From Eledone cirrhosa (lineage: Eukaryota): DNA of 64,000 nucleotides. Positions 13,015-26,799 of this stretch are shown one piece after another. The notes beneath the pieces were generated by a model that was not told where the DNA came from, ran no database searches, and saw nothing but the letters and a program-made list of their open reading frames with translations. The stretch is from positions 73,904,001 through 73,968,000 of the forward strand of contig OZ024742.1 in the NCBI GenBank assembly GCA_964016885.1. Direction: 5' to 3'. Both the position numbers and the translations under genes were made by a program. Within the stretch, counting starts at the first letter, position 1; each line of letters begins with the position of its first letter.

Positions 13015-15400
13015 GATATGAAATCGTGTGTCGAAACAAATATTGTTATACTTGGGGAGGGTCATATTGTTGTAATAATATTGCCAGAAATAATAACAGA
13101 ACACACTCACTGTTTGGTTGGTTTTCGCTTCTGTATCTTTTATATCTCCATAGTTAATTTATTTGGCAATCAGTGTTTATCATTGATTGACCAACGGTTA
13201 ACAATACAGATATAAATATATATATATATAGATAGTCTATCAAAGTTCTTTCGTTGTACATCTGCAACATCATCAGTGGTACTATTATCATGTTTCTTCC
13301 TATTGTATTGTAATGTTTACGCCATTTTATTTTATTTGTTTATTTATTTATTTATTTATTTTTGTCTCCGTCTCTGCGCATGCGTTTGCGTGTGTGTATA
13401 ATGTTTGGTGTGTGTATAATGTTTGGTGTGTGTGTGCGCGTTTGAGTGTATGTGTTTTGGTTTTTGTATTCTATCTCTGTTTACTAGTGTGTGTTTATAT
13501 GTGTTTGTTGTTATTGTACTTGTGTATATATTTGGGTATGGTTGTTGTTGTTATTCTATTCGTTTTTTCTGTTTAACTTTGGTTTTCTAAGCTCTATTTC
13601 ACTTGCTTCTCTGATTTGTTACTTGTTGGGTCATTTCTACCTTTAGATATTATTTTAATTTCTATGTTGTCTATGTTACCGTCATGTCTTTGTCTGGCGT
13701 GTTCGTATAGTACTGAACCGCTTTTTTTTGTCCTTTTAATTCTCCCCCAGTGTTGGTCTATTCTTTTTCCTATGCTTCGAGCTGTCTCACCTATGTATGT
13801 CGTTGTCATGTTTCTGAAAGTACCCTCTGTACATATTATGCTATAGACTACATTTCTAGTTTTCCATTTCAGTTGGGTCGCACATGTGGGACACATTCTT
13901 TATCACTCGTACCAATATCAGAATATTAAACTTAGCGCTATTGGACATTGTTGAGTTTTTGAGTATCAGGTATTTGGAGGCCATGGGTTTAGCGTGTGGG
14001 TGGAGAATTTGGGCCCTCTCGTCTATAGTGTTAATCCAGAGTTCCGTGTCTAATACTGGTAGTCTATTGTTAGGGTGATTGGAAGGGTAGTCAACAGTTG
14101 CAGTTATACTCTGGTGTATGGAGTTAGCTATCTGTTGGATGCTTTTCATTGTGCTATCTTCTAAATCATGTTCATTAGTACTCTCTTGTGGGGTGTTCTT
14201 ATTACTATATTAATATCGTCTACGTAACGAGAGTACATGACGAGGTCTATGGAGCTCTCTTCAAGGAGTTTCTTTGAGTCTCCTTTCCCACCATACCATA
14301 AATAGATTGGCAACGTCGCCAGCTATGCTAACGCCAATAGCTGCTCCCTCATTCTAGGTGTAGATCTTTTCGTTAAATTTAAACATATGGCCCTTTAGGG
14401 TAGTTTTAACACAGCCCCTTTTGCATGTGCGACCATTTTTCTTACCTGATCATTGTTTTGGGGTGTCCGTATGGCTTTGGTCCATCCGTTCCATCTTCCC
14501 ATGAGAGTCTTTTTAGCCATTGAGGTTATGGTGGGGGGGGGGGCGTCTACCTCTTATGGGTCTACTGGAGCAGAAACAGTTAAGGTCATGGTTATCTAGG
14601 TACACGGTGTCATAAGTGAGTCTAAGTAGGAGGCCTAGTTCATCTGTGTCGACGTCGCAGAACACCACTTCGCTCTCACTGATTATTTCCACACATTTTT
14701 CCACAACAAAATCAATGTTAATGGATGGGTACAGTGATACCACATCCATACTGCCTATTATGCAGTTACTTAAGTTTTTGTTTTTGTTGCACTCATTGAT
14801 TCTGCTGGGGAGGTCCTCTGTACTGTCACATATATCTGGGGACAACTTAATTATGGCGCGTATAACCATCGAGAGAAAGTAGGAGATCCTGTAGTTGCTA
14901 GCTATATTGGCTCCACATACAGGTATTGTTGGTGGTCCTGTCGTTGGGTCGTCGGTTGTCTTATGGTCTTTGCGGAGCCCATACAAGGGTGGTGTGTCAT
15001 TATTAGACGCTTGGAAGTTGTTGGCAGTGCGTCTGCCTGGCTTTAGGATGTCGGTCCACATCATCATGTGAGCGTTGAAGATCTTCTCTCACTCTCCTCA
15101 TGTGTTTGTTGTGTTGTTTCGCTCATGTTGTGATGTGGGGTTGCATAGCCTTGATATAGTTCGGCATGCTGTCTATTAACATCCTACCAGATTTATCTGT
15201 GGGTAGACACACTACCTCACCATCCCTTGTGGTTTCTTTTCAAATTGTCGGATTTCTGGTCTGCTTTGTCTCTTAGTATATTGGTCTACTAACTGTCTAA
15301 GTTTATTTCTAGCTATGGTAAACTGTGCCTCTGTTTGGTCATCTATGTGTAGTGGTATACAAACTCTTTTATTAAAAGGTAATTTTTTTTTTTTTTTCGT
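13015..15400 (-). mobile_element. Penelope-like element, frameshifted RT + GIY-YIG endonuclease + 3' pLTR
   Basis: PPLYGLRKDHK..GPPT.PVCGA, SMDVVSLYPSI, AIGVSIAGDVANLFMVWW, YSRYVDDI, LPVLDTELW, NVVYSIIC..YIGETARSIGKRIDQH. Confidence 0.9.
13239..13280 (-). ncRNA. Hammerhead motif in the PLE 3' pLTR
   Basis: acca-CTGATGA-t-gttgca gatg tacaac-GAAA-gaac-TT-tgat. Same architecture as the motif at 44504-44546. Confidence 0.65.
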
Positions 15401-15493
15401 GTGTGCGCGCACGAGTATGTGTAGTAGATCCCGAGTTAAATCGGGGGTAACCACAGTAAATAAGATACTCAATACATTAGTAGAGTGGAATCA

Positions 15494-15539
15494 TTCCTGG
15501 TGATTTCACACGAATGAAACAGTTCTAGTCCTGTAGGAG
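15494..15539 (+). ncRNA. Degenerate hammerhead motif (core CUGGUGA)
   Basis: ttc-CTGGTGA-tttcacacgaat-GAAA-cagttctagtcctg-TA-ggag, followed shortly by (TA)n. Confidence 0.5.
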
Positions 15540-15772
15540 CCATTTCTATATTAAATATTATATATATATATATAAGTTTAGATGAGTTTATGATACAATC
15601 ATATAAAAGCAAAAATTATTTCAAAGCCCCATGCAAGATAAGTAAGAGACAATTTAGAGTTTAATTCAATCGGCAAATTTCCAATCACAGTAGTTTTACA
15701 ATATCACAAAGCAGATATATAAATGAATAAAAATAACTAGAATTTAAATTAAATTAAATCCTGATTTTTTTT

Positions 15773-15906
<134 letters not shown>

Positions 15907-16118
15907 TCTACGTAATAACCATACTTATATCTATCTCAAGTTTGCCTTAAACTCTTTAAAATATGGTGTGCTCTAACATAAATATTTAATATTTTAAATA
16001 GGCCAGTTAAGATATTTTCTATATTCTGTATGATATATACAGTGTAGCTATAACAGTATTGCTCCGTTCATATAATCATATGGGTAGTTATTCTCTGATG
16101 AGGATACAATAAATAATG

Positions 16119-16334
16119 GTTTCTTATATAGGCACAAGGCCAGCAATTTAGGGGGAGGGGGAAAGTCGATTAAATCGACCCCAGTGCGTGACTGGTACTT
16201 TATTTTATCGGCCCCGTAAGAATGAAAGGTAAAGTTAACCTCGGCGGGATTTGAACTCAGATCATAAAGGGCCGTAACACTATGCTGCAAAACATGGTGT
16301 ACGACCCTCTACCGATACTGCCAATCCACCGCGC
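16119..16334 (-). mobile_element. Full-length SINE family A with 20-bp target-site duplication
   Basis: TSD tgaggatacaataaataatg at 16099-16118 and 16335-16354. Confidence 0.9.
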
Positions 16335-16769
16335 TGAGGATACAATAAATAATGTCTGAACTGCAGCAGAGTAATCGCTTATGTTTTTCTGTGTACGGAG
16401 GAAGAGTTGAAAGTATTTATACTTCACACTTTATTATTTTCATAGCTAAGATTTCTATTCCCAAAACTGTCCAGCTCAATCAATATGAACATATCAATCC
16501 CCAAGACTCTTGTTGATGCTTTTCACCCATAATTTTGGTGGTTCTCATATAATTCAAAAACATATGTACATATCCGTAACCAGCAAAATTACCTCCTGGG
16601 CAGGCTACTTCTGGAAGGAAATACCAATGGTGATATGAAATGAAAGACCCTATTCGTGTATCACTCCGAAAATCCAAGGGATTTTAAGGTTCATCTATCA
16701 TCATCTTTTGCTCAATGGAGCTTGTATCATCCTGGTCAGAAGTCCCAGAGGCGTCATGGTGCCTAGAGT

Positions 16770-17500
16770 TTAATCTACCTCTGATATGGCATTCAAATAA
16801 AAAAATAAAAACATGGGTGACTATGAGCCTTTTCAAAGAGTGGTTTACAAACATGTTTTTTTCTTGCTGTAGAAAGTTATTATGCCAGACATAATATTGC
16901 CAACAAAGTATTGCTTCTTTTAGACAATGTACTAAACTACTCAATGAACCTAAACGAACTTTCTGATAATGTAAGTATAGAATATATTCCCCCAAACACT
17001 ACTTTATTGCTCCAGCCAACAGATGAAGGTGTGATAGCTAACTTCAACTCATAAAAGCAGTTGACATGGAAGATAAAGCTACAGTTACAGACTTCGGGAA
17101 AAAGCTCAACATTATGGATACTGTGAATAACATAGTTGAGTTATAAGAGGAAGTGAAACCATCAACGTTGAATTGTGCTTGTAAAAATATATGGTCAGAG
17201 TGTATTCGTGACTTTACAAGCTTTTAATAAGTAAAAGTTCTACATCAAATTGAGAAAGATGCAAATGATATACATTTTAAAGAAGTCATAGAAAGTGATG
17301 TGGTTGAATTGCTAGAATCACATAGAGAAAATCTATCTAGCGAAGAGCTGTTAGAACAAGAGCAAGCTGAAAATACTGAAGTGAATACAGAAATTTCAAC
17401 TACTCCACTTAAATTGACTGCAAAGAATATTGCTAAAAGGTTGGCACTGATAGAGGAAACTCATAAAGATGATGCGCCATAAACATCAAACAACTTTGGA
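16770..17500 (+). mobile_element. Tigger/pogo DDE transposase remnant
   Basis: KTWVTMSLFKEWF, KVLLLLDN, PPNTTLLLQPTDEGVIANFN and VVELLESHRENLSSEELLE, with stops and frameshifts. Confidence 0.8.
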
Positions 17501-19799
17501 TAAGTTCTTGAACACCACTCCCACCCCACCCCACCCCTAGCAGATCTTATCGATGATAAACTACAGGACAGAAAATAATGTCCCTCATCCGCCCAGTAAC
17601 TCTCATTTCAAACAATATATTTTATGATGAAAACGTATTTGAATCTTATTTGAATCTTATTTGTTCCTTAACATATTTCTCTTCCAATGTTTTTATGTAT
17701 GAATATTGAACTGTGTATGTTTATAAATTGTTATTTTCATGCATAAAAGTGGTTGAATTGATTTTTTTTCTATTGCGTAGGAAGACATCGCATTTCAAAA
17801 TATAAAAATCAATGGGAAAATGAGTTTCACGTTGCGGCAAGATTATTAGGAACTCATTACTTCCACCAGGTCACTCCCGAGCGCTACTTGTAACATGTAA
17901 CCCAATACAATCTGTCACATGATCGATTCGTCAGGGACTAAACTGGCAACTTCACCAAGCTTGCTTGCTTGTCTGCTTGGGAGGGTGGTTTTTGAACACC
18001 CTGCGGATGAAAAATTAAACTCGACAAAAGGCAGAGGAACTCAGCAGAGTCTATGGCCGTCCAAAAAAGAAAAAAACGGGTTGACAGAGCTCGATAGCTT
18101 TGGTTAGCGGTCTGTCTCTGAGAAGGACCATTCTGATTTCAAAACCAGAGCATATTAGACCTTTCAAGTGATCAACGATTTCATCCATGTTATGAAGACG
18201 GATGAGCTGCAACTCGATAACCAGGTTTTGAGTAATGCTCGGATGAGGATTTGGGACCACTGACACTGGCACTTTTTTCGCGATGAGAATCATGGATACA
18301 CAGCAGTGGTGCTATTGTCCGTGGTCCCCCACCCTCAGTAATGAAGATGGGAAGAGACCAGACCAGATTAATTCCGTAATGCGTGTGATTCTTGTATATG
18401 TAAAATCGCCGAGTGTGGCTTTAGAAAATGCCAAGTTTTAAAATTTTCTTAAATACTTTACGGTGAAAACAGCGTATGAGAATCGATATAAAGAGGTTAA
18501 GTATCAATAAATATACAGATTCATAAGCATATGTATATAGTCTTGCTGTAAAATGAAGTCCCGTAATATACAATACGGCATTTAGTTTCACAATGTATTT
18601 TCATCCTGCTGCTCTACCGCGGTCTGAGCACTGTCTATAATATCTAACTTTCAAGTGAGTTGATTATTCCATTTAAATTCCGGGGACTGGAAGTAATGAT
18701 ATAGTCAGGCGTGCAAGGACAGTGGTCATGACCTTAAGGACTGCAATCAAGAAACTTTTCATAAAAAGTTATCTTCAAACCAAAGACCTAGCCTGAAGGA
18801 TTGCAACTGAATGGTTTCTACTAAAGGCACTCAGAAACCACATGGTGGTGTTAAACCGTGCGGCAGATTAATCCTACCACTCAAGAAACAGAACTGACCC
18901 TCTGACGGGTTTCCACACAGTCTCCGTCTACCAATTTCCACTCCTAAAATACTGGTCAACTTGAAGTTATTGTAGAGACACTAGACCAAAGTGCTGCGTT
19001 GTAGGATTGAACGTGAAGCCAAGTTAGTGAAGAGCGAACTTTTTAAACACACAGGCATGTATACAATTTAATTCGGTTACGCCGCTTATGTTCTTGAGAG
19101 AGTTGTAAATATTACACAATCTCATTTACCCTCCATTATTAATCAATATTTTGCGCCTTAATGAAATATTATATATTGTAATACATGGCAGACAGAGACT
19201 TGCATTGGCGTTGTGTCACCATGTCAGACACTTAACACTATTTACTCAAAAGCTTCAAGCCTATTTGGAAACATTAGTATTTGATTAATTGTATCTCATT
19301 ATCGTATTTGAGTCACATAAAATTGAAGTCGTCTTGACGTGACCGGGATTGGATAATGAGAATTTCAGGTTCAATGTAGTTAAAACCACTGATAGACTCA
19401 GCCGAAATAATGTCTTAATGACTCTGACATCACTTATAGTGTATGCTAGCGCTAATTCTAGCTGTAAACATTGAAATGGTGAACTAGTTGAACCCACAAA
19501 CCTCTCTAATTAACTAGAAGACTATCTCAGTCTAATCTTGGCTCTTGATCTTTCACATCACGCCCCAACCTCTGACAACTAGAAATTTCGTCAACTAAGA
19601 AAATCCTGAACTCAATAAAATATCTACAAGAATAATGGTTAGTTTAGGTATATATTCCTTCCTCTTATGGCTATCAAGAATATACACTTTTTGTTACTGT
19701 CGTTGCTCTGAAAACTGAATTCTTTCTATTTCACTGCGCTTTCTTTTGCATGAAATATTCTCGCAATATTAACGATATATTTGTATATATATATATATT

Positions 19800-19877
<78 letters not shown>

Positions 19878-19913
19878 TGTATATATATATTCATTTTATT
19901 AAGAATAAATAAT

Positions 19914-20100
19914 TGTTTCTATTTTAGGCACAAGGCCAGCAATTATCCAGTACATTACTGGTACTTTATTTTATCGACCCCGTAAGGATGAAAGGAAAAG
20001 TTAACCTCGGCAGGATTTGAACTCAGATCATAAAGGGACGTAACTCTATGCTTCAAAGCATGGTGTCCGACTCTCTACCGATGTTGCCAATCCACCGCCC
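19914..20100 (-). mobile_element. Full-length SINE family A with 17-bp TSD
   Basis: TSD tattaagaataaataat at 19897-19913 and 20101-20117. Confidence 0.9.
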
Positions 20101-20346
20101 TATTAAGAATAAATAATGAGTCTTGTTACTCTGGAGTTTCGACTGTTTATCACAGTGTCATATGTTTATCACAGCCTTAATAAAAGTGAATATTGAAACT
20201 CTACTTCGGTAATGAGTACTATTTTCTCTCAGCCGTCAACCACATACGTATATATGCATGCATGGTTGCGTAACTCCTGAGGGGCTCCGTATTCAGACAC
20301 GGTTTTCTCCCCTCCACGTCTGAATATAGCAGATTTCTGCCAGAGA

Positions 20347-20394
<48 letters not shown>

Positions 20395-20569
20395 TACTGA
20401 GGAATAATCGGCCACAGTACTAGACTGAAACTACAAAGCATTCTATCCGATATATATATATACTATATATATATTTATGTGTGTGTGTGTGTCTGTGTGT
20501 GTGCGTGTGTGTGTGTAGGCGAATGGACAGAGTGATTAGAACATCGGATAGAATGCTTAACGAGTGGGG

Positions 20570-20765
20570 TGGAGCTTTTCAAATCGGACCGAGGAAACAA
20601 TGTTTCCAATTGCTAATAATATCTGTCGGTCGCAAATCCAGGCAGAAAAAGCAACGTGAAATAAAGTGTCTTGCTCAAGGACATAACGCATCGTGTGGTC
20701 CGGGAATCGAAATCACAACCTCACGATTGCGAACCAATTCTCTAACCACTGGTCCACGCGCCTTC
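20570..20765 (-). mobile_element. SINE family B, tRNA-like head (also ~45943-46145 and ~48010-48215; related copy 32290-32555)
   Basis: Shared caacgtgaaataaagtgtcttgctcaa..gaatcgaactcacaacct; GTTCGATT-like B box on the minus strand. Confidence 0.75.
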
Positions 20766-20783
20766 ACACACACACACGCGCGC

Positions 20784-20881
<98 letters not shown>

Positions 20882-20959
20882 GATGATGATGATGATGATG
20901 ATGATGACAGTCTCACCCGTTGATTTCGACGTATGATGAGGATCCGAACAACCTATTCA

Positions 20960-22360
20960 GTTCATTCAGTTTGGAAGTTTATATCTGTCATGACAGTGCC
21001 AAAAGAGGATACATCACGAATGAGATTGCGCGAATCAAAAACAGATGCAGCGATGTCGCGAGTGGTGTCACTCATACCAAGCGATTCCTCGAGGTGCTGG
21101 AGACGAACGGGTACTCTACCTCGCTCGCAGACAGAGTAGGAGACACCAGACACAAGAGACAGAGAGGCACCTAAGGCAAGTGCTTCCTTAAAATGCCACA
21201 CCTTGGCGAGAATACTACCAACGCTATCTGCAAGGCTATACGGAGGGAGGGCCTCGACATCCACCTGGCCCACTCGGGTCCCTCCCTGCGAAGATGCCTC
21301 TCCAGGAAACCAGGGAAATCAACTGACGCGGGCTCCTTCAAAGACTGCCCGAGCGCCATGCGAACTGTTGCCTACGCACATACGTCGTGTATAAGATAGA
21401 ATGTAACAAGTGCAACCAATACTATATAGGTAGCAAAATCCGGCCGTTGCACATCCGGATCAAGGAACACACTAAAACCAGGGCCTCGTCTTTCCGGAAA
21501 CACATAGCCAAATGCGGAAACAAAGACGGAAGGCCCATTGTCACAATTGTAGCGACGGAAAGAAACGTCGGCACGTTACGTATCAAGGAAGCACTTTGGA
21601 CCAAACGCCTAGGGCCATAATTAAACAACCGATCCGAGAGAAGCGAAATGAGGTGGTTGGTTTAAGTTAACAAACGATGCAGCAACACACGCACACACAC
21701 ACACACAAGCGAGACAACAACACACGCACACACACACACAGTAGCATTCCACCATACGAACATACTACACTGCCAATACAGAGGAACAAGGCAACAACAC
21801 ACGCACACACACACACTCAAGCGAGACAACAACACACGCACACACACACTCAAGCGAGACAACAACACACGCACACACACACACAGTAACATTCACCAAA
21901 CAGGCAGAGAATGGACTGACAGCTAGCGCCACCCCACTCCCACAATTGAAAGAACTACTTCAGCCGCTGACCTCTACCAGACCGACTCCATTCCACGCGC
22001 ACACGCGCTCTGCTGAATACCTCAGATATTCAAAACAACGAACAGCAGAGGACACGTTTCTCACCTTTCCGACAGACAACTCCCCCCACCCCCCTCCGAA
22101 AAAAAACCCAGTTGATGGATGTGAATCCGAAATATATAGGGAAAATTAAATCTCTCCCAAGGTAACTCTTTCTCGTGTTGTTATTTTTATTTTTATCCTT
22201 TACGCTCATTCCTTCATTCCTCTACACGTTACAGTCTTATACACGCCACGCTTCTCAACGTACACCCACTTACATCTCTCTCTCCACCACGGGATCTTGT
22301 TACCCGAAGATTTACCCATCTGCATTGTCGAGGTTTCCAAACGACTTAACGAAATTTACC
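20960..22360 (+). mobile_element. 5'-truncated Penelope-like element (RT C-terminus + GIY-YIG + 3' UTR)
   Basis: SAKRGYITNEIARIKNRCS and YKIECNKCNQYYIGSKIRPLHIRIKEH..IKEALW. A degenerate hammerhead lies at ~22107-22141 (ggat gtga atcc-GAAA-tata-TA-ggg); the element ends in (TA)n. Confidence 0.85.
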
Positions 22361-22374
22361 ATATATATATATAT

Positions 22375-23488
22375 GGGGATCATGGTAGAAAAATCTTTGT
22401 CCAATTAAGTTATCTCCTGATGACTTCCAAACCTCGTTGATTTATCCAAGATCGGATATATCCAAAAATGGAATGAAACCGCCGGGTGGTAGAGATATTT
22501 TGATGATTTTGGTAGGGTTTATGTACATTTTTCTTCTAACTTTGATTTTGTACCTAATTATGTATAGTTAACTATATGTTTAGTCAATTTCTACAGGTTA
22601 ATGAAATATTAGGTACATTTTTTGTAGCTATAAGTCGCGGATAAGAGTCTATATCATTTATCTATTGTTTCTTCATAAGTACACCTTAAACTTATAGCCT
22701 CGTTTAAATGATTTTTGTGTGGTTGATTTTTGCTGATTGGGAGGAGAAAAACTGTATATATGTTATCTAATGATTCTATGGACTTACTTTTTTATATATT
22801 CCTCTGATTATTAATTATTTAATTAATTCTTCATTGAGCCACACCGTGAATGGTTGCCAAAAACATATATATGTATCTATGACTTTGTCTAGTTTATATG
22901 TATATACCCTTTAAATTTTATATACTCCCGTAAGGTTGAGTAAAACTTTAGGCAGTATTCGGCTGCTCTTTCTAGCAACCATCCTACTCGCCGACAGGCG
23001 CCAATCACAAACTTTCTGCCTTGACCACTGGCCACGTGATGATTCTTAGCCACTTTGAATTCGGTTCTGGCGGGGATCATGGTAGAAAAATCTTTGTCCA
23101 ATTGAGTTATCTCTTGATGATTTCCAAACCTCGTTGATTTATCCAAGATCGGATATATCCAAAAATGGAATGAAACCGCCGGGTGGTAGAGATATTTTGA
23201 TGATTTTAGTACGGTTTATGTACATTTTTTCTTCTAACTTTGATTTTGTACCTAATTAAGTATAGTTAACTATATGTCTAGTCAATTTCTTCAGGCTAAT
23301 GTAATATTAGGTAAATTTTTTGTAGCTATAAGTCGCGGTTAAGAAGCTATATCATTTATCTATTGTTTCTTCATAAGTACACTTTAAACTTATAGCCTCG
23401 TTTAAATGATTTTTTGTGTGGTTGATTTATGGTGATTGGGAGGAGAAATACTGTATATATTTTATCTAATGATTCTATGGACTTAATT
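22375..23488 (+). mobile_element. Non-coding 697-bp hammerhead unit, about 1.6 tandem copies, between (TA)n tracts
   Basis: 22375-~22790 is repeated at 23072-23488. Hammerheads at 22411 and 23108. A diverged relative lies at 50230-51078. Confidence 0.85.
22411..22497 (+). ncRNA. Type I hammerhead ribozyme (second copy 23108-23194 has core UUGAUGA)
   Basis: tatctc-CTGATGA-cttcca..tggaat-GAAA-ccgccgggtgg-TA-gagata. Confidence 0.85.
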
Positions 23489-23550
23489 TATATATATATA
23501 TATATATATATATGGGGGGAGGGGTGTAAATATATATATATGTATGTATA

Positions 23551-23616
<66 letters not shown>

Positions 23617-24015
23617 GTGTGTGTAAATATATATATATGTGTGTGTGTGTAGTATGTGTATATGCATGTATATGTGTGTGGGTATGTGTATATGCATGTA
23701 TATATATATATGTGTGTGTGTGTGCGTGTGTGTGTGTGTGTGTTAAGAATACCGGATTGAATGTTTTGTGTTATTCATTCCGGCTCTCTGCTCTCTCACT
23801 TCAAACCCCACCGTGGTCCACTTTATTTTTCCTTTCGAGATCGATAAAAAAGAACAAATCCAGTACTCGGGTTGAGCCCCCCCCCCCCCCCCCCAACCGT
23901 CTTTCTTTCTTTCTTTCTCGCCTTCTGTCTCGCTCACTTTCTCCTTCTCTAAGAAATCGGTTGTGTTCAGACCGGTGCCCCAACCATTCCACCAGAAGTT
24001 ATGGGTCCAGACCTT

Positions 24016-24069
<54 letters not shown>

Positions 24070-24084
24070 ATGTATGTATGTATG

Positions 24085-24118
<34 letters not shown>

Positions 24119-24129
24119 TGTATGTATGT

Positions 24130-24995
24130 TCTTCTGGTTTTATAATTTCACAAAGTTTTACCAATAGAGAGAGAGTCGGTTTCTAACATAGACACAAGAC
24201 TCTCTCATTGGAATTTACACAACATCAACTAGGTAGATATGTATGCATGCATGTTTAGATATGGATGTTATTGTATGTGTGGATGTGTATGTTTTGAGTT
24301 GTATGTGTGCATGAGTATATGCTTTGTATCTGTTATGCAGTTATTAGATGCAAAATTTTTGGAATGTTTTACATATTTTTACTGTTCCATTAATGGATTG
24401 TACTTGCAATTTCCTAACTAGTTGCGTCCTTTCTGTTCCTGTGAAGCCTAGCTTCTCAAGATTTGTATTGAGGCAGTTACTAACATATCCCAGTGCCCCA
24501 ATAATCACAGGCATAAATCTGAAGGTGTAATCAGGGTGGAGTATCTGCAGATTTCTCATCAGTTCTGCATACATATTCTCCTTTTCACTAATCTTTGATA
24601 TTATATTGGCATCTGCTGGGCAGCTAATTTCCACTACTGTGCATGTTTTCTTCTCCCTGTCCCATATCATAATATCTGGTCTGTTATGCCTGCATTTTAT
24701 TGGGGTTTTTACTGGAACATTCCACCAGTACTCTTTCATATTATGTACATGGATGTCTTCCACATTGTTGTAGCTTTTAATGTGTTTATTATCGGGGCTA
24801 TCCTATTTACGAACTGCATTGTACAGTGTTTTGGCCACTACATCATGTCTCATAGGTAGATAGTACCGCGATGACATCTTTGGGCAGCTGCTGATGACAT
24901 GGGTGATATCCTCGATGTTAGTTCTGCAGAGTCTGCACTTGTTATCACATCTAGGTGTTTTGCCTGCATCCCTATCTCTTTTGTGAATCAGGTAT
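24130..24995 (-). mobile_element. Dong/R4-type non-LTR element, 3' fragment (CCHC + restriction-like endonuclease) within (TATG)n
   Basis: CRLCRTNIEDITHVISSC..RHDVVA and WWN..NRPDIMIWD..VVEISCP; (TATG)n on both flanks. Confidence 0.88.
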
Positions 24996-25030
24996 TTCGT
25001 GCTATGTATGTATGTATGTATGTATGTATG

Positions 25031-25062
<32 letters not shown>

Positions 25063-25144
25063 AGGCAAACAGAAATAACCACAGAATCGGTACTGTATAT
25101 GGAAGGAATATATCAGGTTAACGTTAGAAATAGCAAGAAACGGG

Positions 25145-25180
25145 TCTTAACGTTTCGGACGCTAGTCCTTCATCAGAAGA
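25145..25180 (-). ncRNA. Minimal hammerhead ribozyme
   Basis: tctt-CTGATGA-a-ggac tagc gtcc-GAAA-cg-TT-aaga. Confidence 0.75.
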
Positions 25181-26121
25181 GAGAATGAGAAATAAGGTAG
25201 ATTGAAGAGACGGGTGGGGTGAATTGGAAAAAATGTCTTTAGATAAAAATAACAGTTCATGTTAATATCTCTTATATATAACCCATGCTATCGTGGAAGA
25301 TAGACGTTAATCGACGATGATGATGATGTATATGTGTGTGTGCTTGGTAAGGGTGTCACAACATTTACATGCGGTTCGCCGTTATAAGTAATTGATGCTG
25401 TTACAAGATCCGTCTCGTATAGAGTTGTATTTGAATGTCTTTGCATATATAAACTCGCATATTTGATGAGATGTCGAGAAAGAGTCGGGCCTCAGTCATT
25501 ACAATTTCACCCTGAGCGGATCGACTGTAAGAAACCAATAAAGTTTATATATATGCTGCAACAGATATGATTTCGCCGCTGGTAATTGTTCTTGGGGTTT
25601 TGATAGTAGTTGTATCTGGTTCTGGTTCTGGTGTTCAGTATTTGGTTTGTGTATAGTTGTGTGTTTGGGATTCTCCGATTTCTGGTTGATGTTTGTTTAT
25701 TGTGTGAGAATTCTTCATTTCTTGTGTTTTTGTATATTCCCGAATTTGTGGCGAAGTCATGACTGAATGTTTCCTACAGTTTGGAATGAATATGTGAGCT
25801 AGCATATCCCCCCCCCCCCCAACTTCCTCTCCCAAACCAATACCAACAACTTTTTGACAAATGTTCCCAAACTATCCTTCTTTTCCCATTCTTATCAAAA
25901 GACATGTATCTTACACTTCATTAAAACCCAGACAAGCACCTAAATTCATCTTTGATATAGAAATTTGTAGAAGATATTCTTTATAAATTTAAGAGAGTTG
26001 ATTCATCTATGCCATTACATACTCATCAAAGGTCAGCTAATGAAATAAAACCAGCAGGAGGGGATGTTTACAACCAACTTCTCAAACACCCTTATGTTGC
26101 AACCTCACCATTTTCTGAGTG

Positions 26122-26217
<96 letters not shown>

Positions 26218-26799
26218 CGCGTGCGTGTATGTGTGTGTGAGTGTGTATGCTTTAATTCCTCTAAATCTTCATCAACACTCATTAACACCACACCCCAGAC
26301 GTCCAAATCTCTCTTATATATAGTCACACATCTTAACACAACCTGATCTCAGTTTGACAATCGCCACCGACGAATGCGAGAAAGTTCTCCAACAAAGTTA
26401 ACCAGGAATCTTTTAAATTCTTCCCACCGAAGTTAACAAAGAACTTACTAGATCTACCAACTCATAATATTATAATATTATAAAATTAAAACAAATTATT
26501 TAACACTACAAGTGAAGTCATTCTTTTCCTTTTTTTCAAATATACCTAACTGTACCAAAGATCTCACACATTTTCCAATATATATATATATAAATATATA
26601 CATATATATATATATATATATATGTAATCATACATACATACATGTGTATATAAACGAGAGAAAAAAAGGACGCAGGTGGTGGAGATTCAGTAAACATTTA
26701 AATTTTAATCAAAATTCTCGGAACTAAGGTTATTGACTAAATACACTTCAACACACACACATACATACATATATGTATGTATATATATATATATATATT

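Noticed and set aside
17860-18365. RTE-like 5'/3' remnant
   Set aside because: Only vague nucleotide resemblance; no protein motif could be read.
25350-26520. Further decayed PLE coding remnant upstream of the 25145 hammerhead
   Set aside because: Plausible from position, but the motifs are too degenerate to call.
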